Below are positions 1-9,215 of a DNA stretch of 32,000 nucleotides, piece after piece. Every line of letters begins with the position of its first letter. Within the stretch, counting starts at the first letter, position 1. A program made the position numbers and the translations under genes. Source of the stretch: Candidatus Iainarchaeum sp. (GTDB lineage Archaea; Iainarchaeota; Iainarchaeia; Iainarchaeales; 0-14-0-20-34-12); contig JAUSKK010000051.1 in NCBI GenBank assembly GCA_030649345.1, positions 1 to 32,000 of the forward strand, given 5' to 3'. The notes under the pieces are model-generated. The model had not been told where the DNA came from. It did not search any database and saw nothing but the letters and a program-made list of their open reading frames with translations.

Positions 1-965
1 TAGATGGGTTTGACAGTAATTTATTAATTTTAACCAAAAACAAAAAACCTTCACTAATCACCAGTGATTTAGATCACGGTACTGTAAGTAAAATGAAAGA
101 ATTTTCAGTCCATAATGTGAAAACCAAAAAAGAATTTGATATTTTTCTAAAAAATAATTTGCAAGGAAATAGTATTGGTTTGGATTTGAATGCTTTTAGT
201 GTAAACGAGTTTGCGCGATTTAGAAAATGGTTTAAAGGAAAAAAATTAATGGATGTATCTAAAGAATTAAGAGAATTAAGAAATATTAAAACTAAAAAAG
301 AATTAAAGTTTATTCAAAAAGCATGCAGGATTACAGAAAATGCTTTGGCGCAAGTTCCTGAATTATTTAAAAAAGGAATGACTGAAAAAAATTTAGGATT
401 AGAACTTGAATGTATTATGCGTTCCAAAGGAGCAGATTCTGCTTTAGCTTATCCTTCGATTATTGCATCGCAAGGAAATGCAGGCATTCCCCATCATGTA
501 ACTGGAGACAAAAAAATTAGCTCTGGTTGGCTTTTGTTGGATGTAGGCTGCAGGTATAAAAACTATTGTTCAGATTTATCCAGAACTTTTTTTGTTGGAA
601 AATCTACAGAACATGATCGCAGTTTATATAATTTGGTTTTTCATGCTAAAGAAAGTGCAGAAAAATATTTGAAAGAAAATGCAATTGCAAAAGATTTGTA
701 TTTTCAGGCAGAAACAGTTTTGCAGGAAAAAAAATGGAATATGAAACATTCTTTAGGCCATGGAGTTGGCTTGGAAGTACATGATACACCGGATCGAATG
801 GGCCCAGATAGCAATTGGAAATTGAAAACAGGAATGGTTGTTACGATTGAGCCAGGGATTTATTGGAATACCGGTGGAATTAGATTAGAGGACACGCATG
901 CAGTTTTAAAGAATGGGTTCAAAAAATTATGCAAAAATGCTTCGAATGAATTGATTGAAATCTAA
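1..965 (+). CDS. Xaa-Pro aminopeptidase / M24B metallopeptidase (5' end outside window)
   Basis: The frame of ORF 93..965 stays open back to nt 3 (DGFDSNLLILTKNKKPSLITSDLDHGTVSK...), so the gene starts upstream of the window. The pita-bread metal-ligand pattern is visible: LLLDVGCRYKNYCSDLSRTF (D,D), HSLGHGVGLEVHD (H), VVTIEPGIY (E), IRLEDTH (E). Confidence 0.85.
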   Translation, partial: DGFDSNLLILTKNKKPSLITSDLDHGTVSKMKEFSVHNVKTKKEFDIFLKNNLQGNSIGLDLNAFSVNEFARFRKWFKGKKLMDVSKELRELRNIKTKKELKFIQKACRITENALAQVPELFKKGMTEKNLGLELECIMRSKGADSALAYPSIIASQGNAGIPHHVTGDKKISSGWLLLDVGCRYKNYCSDLSRTFFVGKSTEHDRSLYNLVFHAKESAEKYLKENAIAKDLYFQAETVLQEKKWNMKHSLGHGVGLEVHDTPDRMGPDSNWKLKTGMVVTIEPGIYWNTGGIRLEDTHAVLKNGFKKLCKNASNELIEI

Positions 966-980
966 TTTTAGAGAAAAGCT

Positions 981-1016
981 TTTATATGTGATCTCACATA
1001 TATTCACATATTGTGA
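981..1016 (+). promoter_or_regulatory. TATA-like box plus palindromic operator upstream of the antitoxin/PIN pair
   Basis: AAAAGC-TTTTATAT at 975-987. Inverted repeat TATATGTGA (983-991) / TCACATATA (994-1002) with a 2-nt spacer. A third CACATAT copy lies at 1006-1012, followed by TGTGA. The probable antitoxin ATG is at 1021. Confidence 0.5.
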
Positions 1017-1020
1017 TTTT

Positions 1021-1263
1021 ATGCCTAATTTAACTTTAGTGATTTCAGAAGAATTGCAGCAAAAAATGAGAAAACATTCTGACATTCGTTGGAGTGAAGT
1101 TGCACGGCAAGCCATTGCAAAACGATTGGCTGATTTGGAAATTATGAATAAAATTGCAGAAAAAAGCAAGCTTACAGAAAAAGATATTAACGAGTTGGAT
1201 CATTTAATTAAAAAAGAAGCGCTAAGAGAGTTGAAACAAAATGAACATCGTAGTCGACGCTAA
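1021..1263 (+). CDS. VapB-like antitoxin (small helical/RHH-like protein)
   Basis: The internal ATG at 1021 (MPNLTLVISEELQQKMRKHSDIRWSEVARQAIAKRL...) is preferred over the track start at 955, which overlaps the peptidase gene. The 80-aa charged protein overlaps the downstream PIN gene by 23 nt, a typical toxin-antitoxin arrangement. Confidence 0.6.
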   Translation: MPNLTLVISEELQQKMRKHSDIRWSEVARQAIAKRLADLEIMNKIAEKSKLTEKDINELDHLIKKEALRELKQNEHRSRR

Positions 1264-1657
1264 TATTGTAATGGCTGCATTGATTAAAGATTCCTTTACT
1301 AGGAATATGCTGCTTAAATCTGAATACTTATTTTATTTTCCTGAACCTGCATTAACTGCTCTTAAAAAATATAAACCATATTTAATCAAAAAATCTGAAT
1401 TAACAGAATTTGAATTCACTGAATTAGTTAATCTTCTTTTTGAATACATTTCAATAATTCCTACTCAAACTATCTTGCCGTATTTGAATCAAGCAAGAAA
1501 AAGTATTGGATTTCAAGACAAAGAAGATATTGTAATTTTAGCCAGTGCATTCAGCATCCCTAATTCTGTAATTTGGTCCAACGATGTTGATTTTGAAAAA
1601 CAAACTGAGATTATTGTGTTTAAAACAAAAGATTTGGCAAATTTAAGTTTTAAATAG
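1241..1657 (+). CDS. PIN-domain ribonuclease toxin (VapC-like)
   Basis: N-terminal MNIVVDANIVMAALI with the acidic D of the PIN motif. Later acidic positions are present (KEDIVILASA, SNDVDF). Size is 138 aa and the gene is translationally coupled to an upstream small ORF. Confidence 0.8.
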   Translation: MNIVVDANIVMAALIKDSFTRNMLLKSEYLFYFPEPALTALKKYKPYLIKKSELTEFEFTELVNLLFEYISIIPTQTILPYLNQARKSIGFQDKEDIVILASAFSIPNSVIWSNDVDFEKQTEIIVFKTKDLANLSFK

Positions 1658-1681
1658 AAGTTTAACTATTATCTAATACAT

Positions 1682-2383
1682 ATGCCGTCTAGTTCCACCG
1701 AAGTTTCTCAAATTGACCTGTTGGTTCATATGGCTTTTTTGCATCAAAGTCATACTGCAATTTCTGAAAGAAGTTTTCATACTCCAGAATATTTAGATTT
1801 TTTAGTTCGATTGTATAAGCAAAGAATTGACCAAATTGCGCGTGATCCAAAACGAGTCATGATTTTTATGCCGTCCATTACTGCAGATATAGGATTTTTT
1901 TCACCGCAAAGATGGAATCAACATTTACGAGACATTGCAGGTCAAGAAGAACCTGGCAAAGCAGTTCATGAATTAATGCAGTATGCAAAACAAAAATTAG
2001 GAAAACGTTTGATTGTAATTGTTTCAGGAATTCAGGATGCAGCTGAACGAGGAACCAGTGTTTCCAAATTAATGAAAGCACGAGGCCTTCAAATTGATCC
2101 ATTTAAAATTAAAGTAGAAGCCTACGGAGAGTACGCGCATGGTTGTGTGAAAGGAGAACTGGAAGATTTTTGCAGGGAATTAAAAATTAATTTGCATGAT
2201 CCCAATAAAGCGAATGTGAAACTAGATTTATGCGGAGACAAACCTGAGTTGGTTTTGGCGACACAGGTGCGGAAAAAACTATTGGCACGATTTAAATCAA
2301 AGCCAAGGATTAGACGAAAGCTTAGGAATAAAATTCAAAGAAAAGGAATTCTAAAACGACACAAGCAATCATTACTTCGCTGA
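1682..2383 (+). CDS. hypothetical protein with a poly-basic C-terminal tail (ORFan)
   Basis: Long uninterrupted ORF with no strong competing frame. I recognise no family. The C-terminus is RKKLLARFKSKPRIRRKLRNKIQRKGILKRHKQSLLR. Confidence 0.5.
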   Translation: MPSSSTEVSQIDLLVHMAFLHQSHTAISERSFHTPEYLDFLVRLYKQRIDQIARDPKRVMIFMPSITADIGFFSPQRWNQHLRDIAGQEEPGKAVHELMQYAKQKLGKRLIVIVSGIQDAAERGTSVSKLMKARGLQIDPFKIKVEAYGEYAHGCVKGELEDFCRELKINLHDPNKANVKLDLCGDKPELVLATQVRKKLLARFKSKPRIRRKLRNKIQRKGILKRHKQSLLR

Positions 2384-2499
2384 GCGTGAGCTTTAAAAAT
2401 CATTCTTTTCAATATACGTAGATTCTAGATGGAATTCAATTTTTTTCGATTTCTTTTAAGTTTTTTAAGTATTATTTGCGTTAAAAGGAGGGCTTTTGC

Positions 2500-3606
2500 T
2501 TGCCTAAAAGCATGCTAAAAGCTCAGCTTGTTTTAGAAAATGGTTCAGTATATCATGGGTGTTCTTTTGGTTTTCCAGCCTGCACGTCTGGAGAAGTTGT
2601 ATTCAATACAGGCATGACTGGCTATGCCAGAACTTTAACTGATCCCAGCTATAAAGGACAAATTTTGACTTTTACATATCCTATGATTGGAAACTATGGA
2701 GTGCCTTCTGAAGACGAGCATGAACTAGGGTTATTAAAAAATTTGGAATCTGGAAAAATTCAAGTTCAGGCAGTTCTTTTAGCAGATTATTCAGTAAATC
2801 CAAATCATTGGCATGCTCAAACTACTTTGCAAGAATGGTTAGAGAAAGAAAAAATTCCAGGAATTACTGGATTAGATACTAGAGCTTTAACTCAAGAACT
2901 CAGAGAACATGGAACCATGTTAGGCAAAATTATTATTGAAAAACAATCCTTGCAGGAATTTTTTGACCCCAATAAAGTAAACTTAGTCAAAGAAGTAAGT
3001 TGTACTCAAGTAAAAAAATACGGAGAAAAAAATACTGGTTTAACAATCGGAGTATTAGATTGCGGTGTCAAAAATAATATTTTGCGTTGCTTGATTAAAC
3101 GAAATTGTACGATTATTCGTTTTCCTTGGAATTATGATTTTTTAGAAAACAATATTTCCATCGATGGCTTGCTGGTCAGCAATGGCCCAGGTGATCCCAA
3201 AATGGCGAAAGAAAGTATTGAAATTATTCGAAAAGCCATGGAAAAAAATTTGCCAATGTTTGGAATTTGTTTAGGTTCTCAATTAATGGCTTTGGCTGCT
3301 GGCGCAAATACCTACAAACTCAAATACGGGCATAGAGCTCAAAATCAGCCAGTTCAAGTGGTGAATGAAATGAAAGGATTTATTACTTCGCAAAATCATG
3401 GATTTGCAGTGGATGTAAAAACTTTACCGAAAGGATGGATTAATTGGATGACTAATCTGAATGATGAAAGCAATGAAGGAATTAAACATGAAAGCAAACC
3501 GTTTATGGCTGTGCAATTTCATCCAGAAGCAAGTCCTGGGCCAACAGATACTGAATTTTTATTTGATGAATTTTTAGAATTAGTAAAAAAACAAAAAAAA
3601 GATTGA
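2500..3606 (+). CDS. carA: carbamoyl-phosphate synthase small (glutamine amidotransferase) subunit
   Basis: LVLENGSVYHGCSFG N-terminus, GICLGSQLMA catalytic Cys, QNHGFAV, and VQFHPEASPGPTD His/Glu region. AAGGAGGG lies 8 nt upstream of the TTG at 2500. An alternative ATG exists at 2512. Confidence 0.9.
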   Translation: MPKSMLKAQLVLENGSVYHGCSFGFPACTSGEVVFNTGMTGYARTLTDPSYKGQILTFTYPMIGNYGVPSEDEHELGLLKNLESGKIQVQAVLLADYSVNPNHWHAQTTLQEWLEKEKIPGITGLDTRALTQELREHGTMLGKIIIEKQSLQEFFDPNKVNLVKEVSCTQVKKYGEKNTGLTIGVLDCGVKNNILRCLIKRNCTIIRFPWNYDFLENNISIDGLLVSNGPGDPKMAKESIEIIRKAMEKNLPMFGICLGSQLMALAAGANTYKLKYGHRAQNQPVQVVNEMKGFITSQNHGFAVDVKTLPKGWINWMTNLNDESNEGIKHESKPFMAVQFHPEASPGPTDTEFLFDEFLELVKKQKKD

Positions 3607-3607
3607 T

Positions 3608-4114
3608 ATGAATACACACGAAGAACCAGAAATGTTGACTGTAGTCAATGAGTTAGATACTGTGCTTGGAAAAGCTACCAAAGACCAAGTTTTAAGTGAA
3701 AATTTATTGCATCGCGGAATAGGTGTTTTGGTGTTTAATCTCAAAAACGAATTATTAATTCATCAAAGACCTGCGGATAAGAAAACTTCACCGAATTTAT
3801 GGGATTGTTTTATTGCCGGCGGAGTGCGATTTGGAGAAACCTATGAAAAAGCAGCTATGCGTGAATTAGAAGAAGAAATTGGTGTCAATGTTGATCGAAT
3901 TAATTTTTTATTCAAAGAATTAATGGTTTTAAAATATAGTTTTATGCTGGCTGTGTTTGAAACCAAAATTTCTGAAAAAATTAAACCTAGTGCAAGAGAA
4001 GTTTTAAATCCAGAATTTATAAAACTAAGTGAACTTGAAAAAGTATTAAAGGAACGAGAGTTTTCAAAAAAAAATTATATGTTAATCCCAAAATATTTGA
4101 AGGAATTTCAATGA
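3608..4114 (+). CDS. Nudix hydrolase (COG1443 Idi/YfcD-like)
   Basis: Canonical Nudix box GGVRFGETYEKAAMRELEEEIGV, preceded by LHRGIGVLVFN...LLIHQRPADKKTSPNLWD. The gene sits between carA (1 nt gap) and carB (ATGA overlap at 4111-4114). Confidence 0.8.
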   Translation: MNTHEEPEMLTVVNELDTVLGKATKDQVLSENLLHRGIGVLVFNLKNELLIHQRPADKKTSPNLWDCFIAGGVRFGETYEKAAMRELEEEIGVNVDRINFLFKELMVLKYSFMLAVFETKISEKIKPSAREVLNPEFIKLSELEKVLKEREFSKKNYMLIPKYLKEFQ

Positions 4115-7100
4115 CTTTGAAAAGTAAAATAACTAAACCTAAAAAAGTTTTAATCCTTGGTTCAGGTGCTTTAAAAATTGGGCAAGCTGGAGAATTTGAT
4201 TATTCAGGGTCTCAGTGCTTGAAGGCTTTGAAAGAAGAAGGAATTCAAACTGTTTTAATTAATCCCAATATTGCAACCATTCAAACCAGTCATGAGTTAG
4301 CAAATGAAATTTATTTTTTACCGGTTACTTGTGATTTTGTAGAAAAAGTTATTGAAAAAGAAAAGCCTGACGCTATTATGTTAGCCTTTGGCGGACAAAC
4401 TGCACTCAATTGCGGTATTGAATTATTCAAAAAAGGAATTTTGAAAAAACACAATGTGCAAGTTCTAGGAACTCAAGTTCAAACTATTATTGATACTGAA
4501 GATCGAGAATTATTTAAAAAAAAGCTGGCTGAAATTCAAGTAGATATGCCCAAAAGCATTGCTTGTGAAACTTTAAATGAATCATTAAAAGCAGCTGAAA
4601 AAATTGGTTATCCTGTATTAATTCGCGGAGCATTTGCTTTAGGCGGAGAAGGATCTGGTTTAGCCAATACAAAAACAGAACTCGAAGGATTGGTTGGAAA
4701 AGCATTAACGATTTCTCCGCAAATTTTAGTAGAAGAATACTTGAAAGGCTGGAAAGAAATAGAATACGAAGTTGTACGAGACCAATATGGCAATTGCATT
4801 ACTGTGTGCAATATGGAAAATTTTGATCCTATGGGAATTCACACAGGAGAAAGTATTGTGGTGGCGCCTTCTCAAACTTTGTCCAATGGAGAATATCATT
4901 TATTGAGAACAATTGCCATTCGAACCATTCGGCATTTAGGAATTGTAGGAGAATGCAATATTCAGTATGCTTTAAATCCAACTAAAAAAGAATATAGAGT
5001 CATTGAAGTAAATGCAAGACTATCCAGAAGCAGTGCTTTGGCCAGTAAAGCTACAGGTTATCCTTTGGCATTTATTGCAGCTAAGTTAGCTTTAGGAAAA
5101 AGTTTATTGGAATTAAAAAATTCAGTAACTCAAAAAACAACTGCTTTTTTTGAACCTGCTTTAGATTATTGTGTGGTTAAATTTCCGAGATGGGATTTAG
5201 AAAAATTCCAAAAAGTCAGCAAATATTTAGGTTCGGAAATGAAAAGTGTCGGAGAAGTCATGGCTATTGGACGAACTTTTGAAGAAGCCATCCAGAAAGC
5301 CATTCGAATGCTGGACTTAAATATTGAAGGATTTACTGAACATTCGTTTGAATTCAAAGATGTAGAACAAGAACTCAAACATCCGACCGATAAACGTTTT
5401 TTTGCAATCTATCAGGCTTTAGATAAAGGATTAAGTCCTAAAAAAATCCATGAATTGACTGGAATAGACTCTTGGTTTTTGCATAGATTAAATCACATTT
5501 TTGACGTCAAAAATAAACTAGAACAATATCCTTTGACGAAAGATTTATTGTTGGAAGCTAAAAAAACAGGATTTAGTGACAAAGGAATTGCAGTTACTGT
5601 AAAAAAGAAAGGACAAGAAATTAGTCAATTACGAAAAAAATGGAAAATTCAGCCAGTCGTAAAACAAATTGATACTCTGGCAGCAGAATGGCCTGCGAAA
5701 ACAAATTATTTGTATTTAACCTATCATGGAATAAAAGACGATATTGTTTTCAAACAAAAAAAGAATGTCATTGTCATTGGTTCAGGGCCTTACAGAATTG
5801 GTTCCAGTGTAGAATTTGACTGGTGTTCAGTCAATGCTGTGAATACTTTAAACAAAACAGGATATACGACTACTTTGATTAATTTTAATCCAGAAACAGT
5901 CAGCACAGATTACGATATTTGTGATCGCTTGTATTTTGAAGAACTATCTTTTGAGCGATTGTTAGATATTTATGAAAAAGAAAAACCTTTGGGTTTAATT
6001 TTAAGCACTGGCGGACAAATTGCCAATAACTTAGCGCCTTATTGTAAGCAATTTGGTTTGAAAGTTTTGGGAACCCAGCCTCAAAATATTGATTTAGCTG
6101 AAAATAGACACAAGTTTAGTGCTTTATGTGATGACTTAAAAATTGGCCAGCCGGAATGGAGTGAACTTGTAACTGAAAAACAAGCCGTGGAATTTTCAGA
6201 CAAAGTTGGATTTCCTGTATTGGTTAGGCCGAGTTATGTTTTAAGCGGTCAAGCTATGCGGGTTGCATTTAATGAAACTGACTTACAAGAATATTTGAAG
6301 ACTGCAGTTCAAGTTTCCAAAAAATATCCTGTGACTATCTCTAAATTTATCATCAATGCCAAAGAAATTGAAGTCGATGCCGTAGCTCAAAATGGGAAAG
6401 TGTTATGTTATGCTGTCACAGAACATGTCGAAAATGCAGGCGTACATTCCGGGGATGCTACCATTGTAATGCCGGCTCAAAAAATTTATATTCAAACAGC
6501 CAATGAAGCCTTAAATATTACTGGCCAGTTAGCTAAGGCATTGAAGATTACAGGGCCGTTTAATGTACAATTTTTGGCTAAAAATAATAAAGTCAAAGTC
6601 ATTGAATGTAATCTAAGAGCCAGCCGAAGTTTTCCGTTTGTCAGCAAAGTTACTGGGTCTAATTTTATTGAAGTGGCTGTGAAAGCCATTATGAAACAAA
6701 AACAAAAATTGAAACAAATTAGTCCATTTGAATTAAATCATGTAGGAATTAAAGCCCCGCAATTTTCATTTTCTAGATTACGCGGAGCTGATCCTGTGTT
6801 AAGTGTAGAAATGGCTTCTACAGGTGAAGTTGCTTGCTTAGGTACAGATATTTCGGATGCATTTTTGAAATCCATTATAGCCACAGGATTTAAGCTGCCG
6901 AAAAAAAATATTTTAATTTCTATTTCAGGAGATAAAAACAGAATTAAATTACTGGAACAATTAAAACATTTAAAAAAACAAGGATTTGTACTTTACGGAA
7001 CAGAACATACTGCTGAGTTTTATTCAAGTCAAAAAATTCCTGTAAAAATGGTTCATAAATTGCATGAAAAAAAAGAACCCAATATTGGAACATATTTAAG

Positions 7101-7320
7101 AGAAAAGAAAATTGATTTAGTAGTATGCGTTCCAGAAAATGTTACACCCAAAGAATTATTGGATGAATTTGAAATCCGAAGAATTGCTGTAGACTTTGGA
7201 GTTCCATTAATTACCAATATTCAGTTAGCTAAATTGTTTTTTAATTCATTGACTCGCATGAGCTCTAAAGAATTTGAAATCCAGCCGTGGAGTTATTATT
7301 TAAAAAACATGAAAAAATAA
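4111..7320 (+). CDS. carB: carbamoyl-phosphate synthase large subunit
   Basis: 1069 aa with duplicated ATP-grasp halves: KKVLILGSGALKIGQAGEFDYSGSQ and KNVIVIGSGPYRIGSSVEFDWCSV. IEVNARLSRSSALASKATGYPLA is present, and there is an MGS-like C-terminal domain. Confidence 0.95.
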   Translation: MTLKSKITKPKKVLILGSGALKIGQAGEFDYSGSQCLKALKEEGIQTVLINPNIATIQTSHELANEIYFLPVTCDFVEKVIEKEKPDAIMLAFGGQTALNCGIELFKKGILKKHNVQVLGTQVQTIIDTEDRELFKKKLAEIQVDMPKSIACETLNESLKAAEKIGYPVLIRGAFALGGEGSGLANTKTELEGLVGKALTISPQILVEEYLKGWKEIEYEVVRDQYGNCITVCNMENFDPMGIHTGESIVVAPSQTLSNGEYHLLRTIAIRTIRHLGIVGECNIQYALNPTKKEYRVIEVNARLSRSSALASKATGYPLAFIAAKLALGKSLLELKNSVTQKTTAFFEPALDYCVVKFPRWDLEKFQKVSKYLGSEMKSVGEVMAIGRTFEEAIQKAIRMLDLNIEGFTEHSFEFKDVEQELKHPTDKRFFAIYQALDKGLSPKKIHELTGIDSWFLHRLNHIFDVKNKLEQYPLTKDLLLEAKKTGFSDKGIAVTVKKKGQEISQLRKKWKIQPVVKQIDTLAAEWPAKTNYLYLTYHGIKDDIVFKQKKNVIVIGSGPYRIGSSVEFDWCSVNAVNTLNKTGYTTTLINFNPETVSTDYDICDRLYFEELSFERLLDIYEKEKPLGLILSTGGQIANNLAPYCKQFGLKVLGTQPQNIDLAENRHKFSALCDDLKIGQPEWSELVTEKQAVEFSDKVGFPVLVRPSYVLSGQAMRVAFNETDLQEYLKTAVQVSKKYPVTISKFIINAKEIEVDAVAQNGKVLCYAVTEHVENAGVHSGDATIVMPAQKIYIQTANEALNITGQLAKALKITGPFNVQFLAKNNKVKVIECNLRASRSFPFVSKVTGSNFIEVAVKAIMKQKQKLKQISPFELNHVGIKAPQFSFSRLRGADPVLSVEMASTGEVACLGTDISDAFLKSIIATGFKLPKKNILISISGDKNRIKLLEQLKHLKKQGFVLYGTEHTAEFYSSQKIPVKMVHKLHEKKEPNIGTYLREKKIDLVVCVPENVTPKELLDEFEIRRIAVDFGVPLITNIQLAKLFFNSLTRMSSKEFEIQPWSYYLKNMKK

Positions 7321-7399
7321 TCACATGCAGTCGAAGTTTTAGCTGAAAAAAGTAATATACTTAAAAACTTGAATTCCGTTTTTTTATAGGTGAGCCTTT

Positions 7400-7918
7400 T
7401 TGTCTGAACTTGAATGGATTACTTTAGTGAATGAACACGATACAATACTCGGAAAAGAAGATCGAGTGATTGCCCGTAAAAAAGCTTTACTGCATCGCGG
7501 TGTTGGAGTCTTGGTCTTTAATTCCAATCAAGAATTATTGGTTCACAAACGATCTTCCGAGAAAACAGTGTATCCTAATTTGTTTGATGTTATTGTAGGC
7601 GGCAGTGTTTTATGGAACGAAAGTTACTCACAAGCAGCTATTCGTGAACTCCAAGAAGAAATTGGATTGAATTGTTTAGATTTAAAATTTTTATTTCCAT
7701 TCAAATATCGTTCCATTGAACGCAATCTAAATTTTGAAATTTTTACCTGCATCATGAATCAAAAAGCAGTATTGCAAAAAGAAGAAATCAAATACAGTTT
7801 ATTTTTGAATCTAGATCAAGTGATTGAATTAATGAAAAGCGAAGGATTTTGTCCTTACGCGCACGGAATCATGAACGAGTACTTTAAATTAATTCACAAG
7901 CCTTTGGTGATTGAATGA
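7400..7918 (+). CDS. Nudix hydrolase, paralog of 3608..4114
   Basis: Nudix box GGSVLWNESYSQAAIRELQEEIGL, and LLHRGVGVLVFNSNQELLVHKRSSEKTVYPNLFD aligns with the first copy. TTG start preceded by AGGTGA. A T7 tract lies at 7379-7385 after carB. Confidence 0.8.
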   Translation: MSELEWITLVNEHDTILGKEDRVIARKKALLHRGVGVLVFNSNQELLVHKRSSEKTVYPNLFDVIVGGSVLWNESYSQAAIRELQEEIGLNCLDLKFLFPFKYRSIERNLNFEIFTCIMNQKAVLQKEEIKYSLFLNLDQVIELMKSEGFCPYAHGIMNEYFKLIHKPLVIE

Positions 7919-7933
7919 ATTCAAAACCACTGG

Positions 7934-7996
7934 TTTTGAAAATTTGTGAAAATTTAGCGAATTTTCACAATTATAAAATTCAAAAGAATTTTATAT
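7934..7996 (+). promoter_or_regulatory. conserved promoter/operator module, copy A (upstream of the citryl-CoA-synthetase-like operon)
   Basis: TTTTGAAAATTT at 7934-7945. Inverted repeat GTGAAAATT (7946-7954) / AATTTTCAC (7960-7968). Perfect palindrome ATAAAATTC (7973-7981)-AAAA-GAATTTTAT (7986-7994), overlapping the TATA-like TTTTATAT. AGGAG at 8008-8012 and ATG at 8021. Confidence 0.6.
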
Positions 7997-8020
7997 TTTT
8001 AAAATTCAGGAGAATTTTAA

Positions 8021-9214
8021 ATGAAACTGTTTGAGTTTGAAGGAAAACAATTATTTCAAAAATATAAAATTAGTATTCCCATGAGTACTGTTTTTTCCAA
8101 GGAAGTAAAAATAAATTTACTGGAATTCAAGCAAGGATATGCTGTGAAAGCTCAAGTAACTGCAGGCAAACGCGGAGTTTCCGGCGGCGTGGTATTAACT
8201 CATTCAAAAATTGAAGCTGAACAAGCAGTGCACGAATTATTTTCTAAAAAAATTCATGGCTTTCCAGTTGAACATGTATTGGTAGAAGAAAAACAGAATA
8301 TTGAGTGCATGTATTATTTTTCAATTACGTATGATACTGTAGAAAAATGTCCGGTTTTGTCTTTTTCAAAAAATGGCGGAATTGATATTGAAAAAATGGT
8401 TGACTTATACAGACTAGATATTCCTATTGAATATAATTCTAAACAAGTTTTAGATTGGCTGAATTCTATTGGTTTACAGAAAGTGAATTTAAGTGATTTA
8501 GAACAACTGATTTGTCAAGCATTTACTTGTTTTTTAGAAGAAGATTTACGAGTCTTAGAAATCAATCCATTGGTTTTTTCACAAGAACAAAAATGGATTG
8601 CGTGTGATTCCAAAATTTTAACAGACGATGATGCTCAGTTTCGACACAAAGAAAGAATTTTTCCGTCAAGGAATGAGTTTGGAAAAATTCCAACCATTCG
8701 AGAATTGCAAGCTAAAGAAATTGACCAAGATGATTATCGAGGAGTAGGTGGAAAGTATACTGAATTGACTGGCAATATTGCTATGTTGACTGCTGGCGGT
8801 GGTGCTAGTTTAACGAATATGGATGCTTTGTTAGCGTATGGTGGAAAGCCTGCGAATTATACTGAATATGGGGGTAATCCTCCACAAGAAAAAGTCTATA
8901 AGTTAACAAAAGTTATCTTATCTAAACCTGGTTTGGTGGGTTGTTGGCATGTAGGTGGAACTGCAAATAATACTCAAATTGATGTCACAATGAAAGGTTT
9001 TGCTTTAGCTTTAGAGGAAATTAAGCCAGAGTATCCGATTGTGGTTCGAAGAGATGGACCAAATTCAAGTGAAGGTTTTAGAATTTTAGAAGAAACTGCT
9101 AAAAAATTAAAATTGAATTTGAAATGGTTTGACAAAAATATGCCTATGACTGAGAGTGCAGAAGTGTTAATGAAAATGGTTAAAGAGTATCAAAAAAAGA
9201 AAGGATTGAATTAG
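8021..9214 (+). CDS. ATP-grasp subunit of an ATP-citrate-lyase / citryl-CoA-synthetase-type enzyme (SucC-like fold)
   Basis: The motifs match ACL rather than succinyl-CoA synthetase. These are MLTAGGGASLTNMD, PANYTEYGGNPPQEKVY, GGTANNTQIDVTMKGF, VVRRDGPNSSEGFR and IFPSRNEFGK. Confidence 0.8.
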   Translation: MKLFEFEGKQLFQKYKISIPMSTVFSKEVKINLLEFKQGYAVKAQVTAGKRGVSGGVVLTHSKIEAEQAVHELFSKKIHGFPVEHVLVEEKQNIECMYYFSITYDTVEKCPVLSFSKNGGIDIEKMVDLYRLDIPIEYNSKQVLDWLNSIGLQKVNLSDLEQLICQAFTCFLEEDLRVLEINPLVFSQEQKWIACDSKILTDDDAQFRHKERIFPSRNEFGKIPTIRELQAKEIDQDDYRGVGGKYTELTGNIAMLTAGGGASLTNMDALLAYGGKPANYTEYGGNPPQEKVYKLTKVILSKPGLVGCWHVGGTANNTQIDVTMKGFALALEEIKPEYPIVVRRDGPNSSEGFRILEETAKKLKLNLKWFDKNMPMTESAEVLMKMVKEYQKKKGLN

Positions 9215-9215
9215 T

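Noticed and set aside
955-1020. N-terminal extension of the antitoxin ORF (MKSNFREKLLYVISHIFTYCDF).
   Set aside because: It overlaps the peptidase 3' end and would translate straight through the palindromic operator and TATA-like box. The ATG at 1021 gives a typical 80-aa antitoxin.
4514-4811. Minus-strand ORFs inside carB (4514..4705 and 4608..4811; likewise 5166..5378 and 6492..6689).
   Set aside because: They lie fully inside a strongly supported 1069-aa CDS. Their products are low-complexity or hydrophobic with no motifs. They are typical antisense shadow ORFs of AT-rich coding DNA.
7923-7937. AAAACCA-C-TGGTTTT palindrome just after the second Nudix gene, as a possible terminator.
   Set aside because: A 1-nt loop is sterically impossible, and the effective stem is too short and AT-rich to call a terminator. 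It may be incidental.
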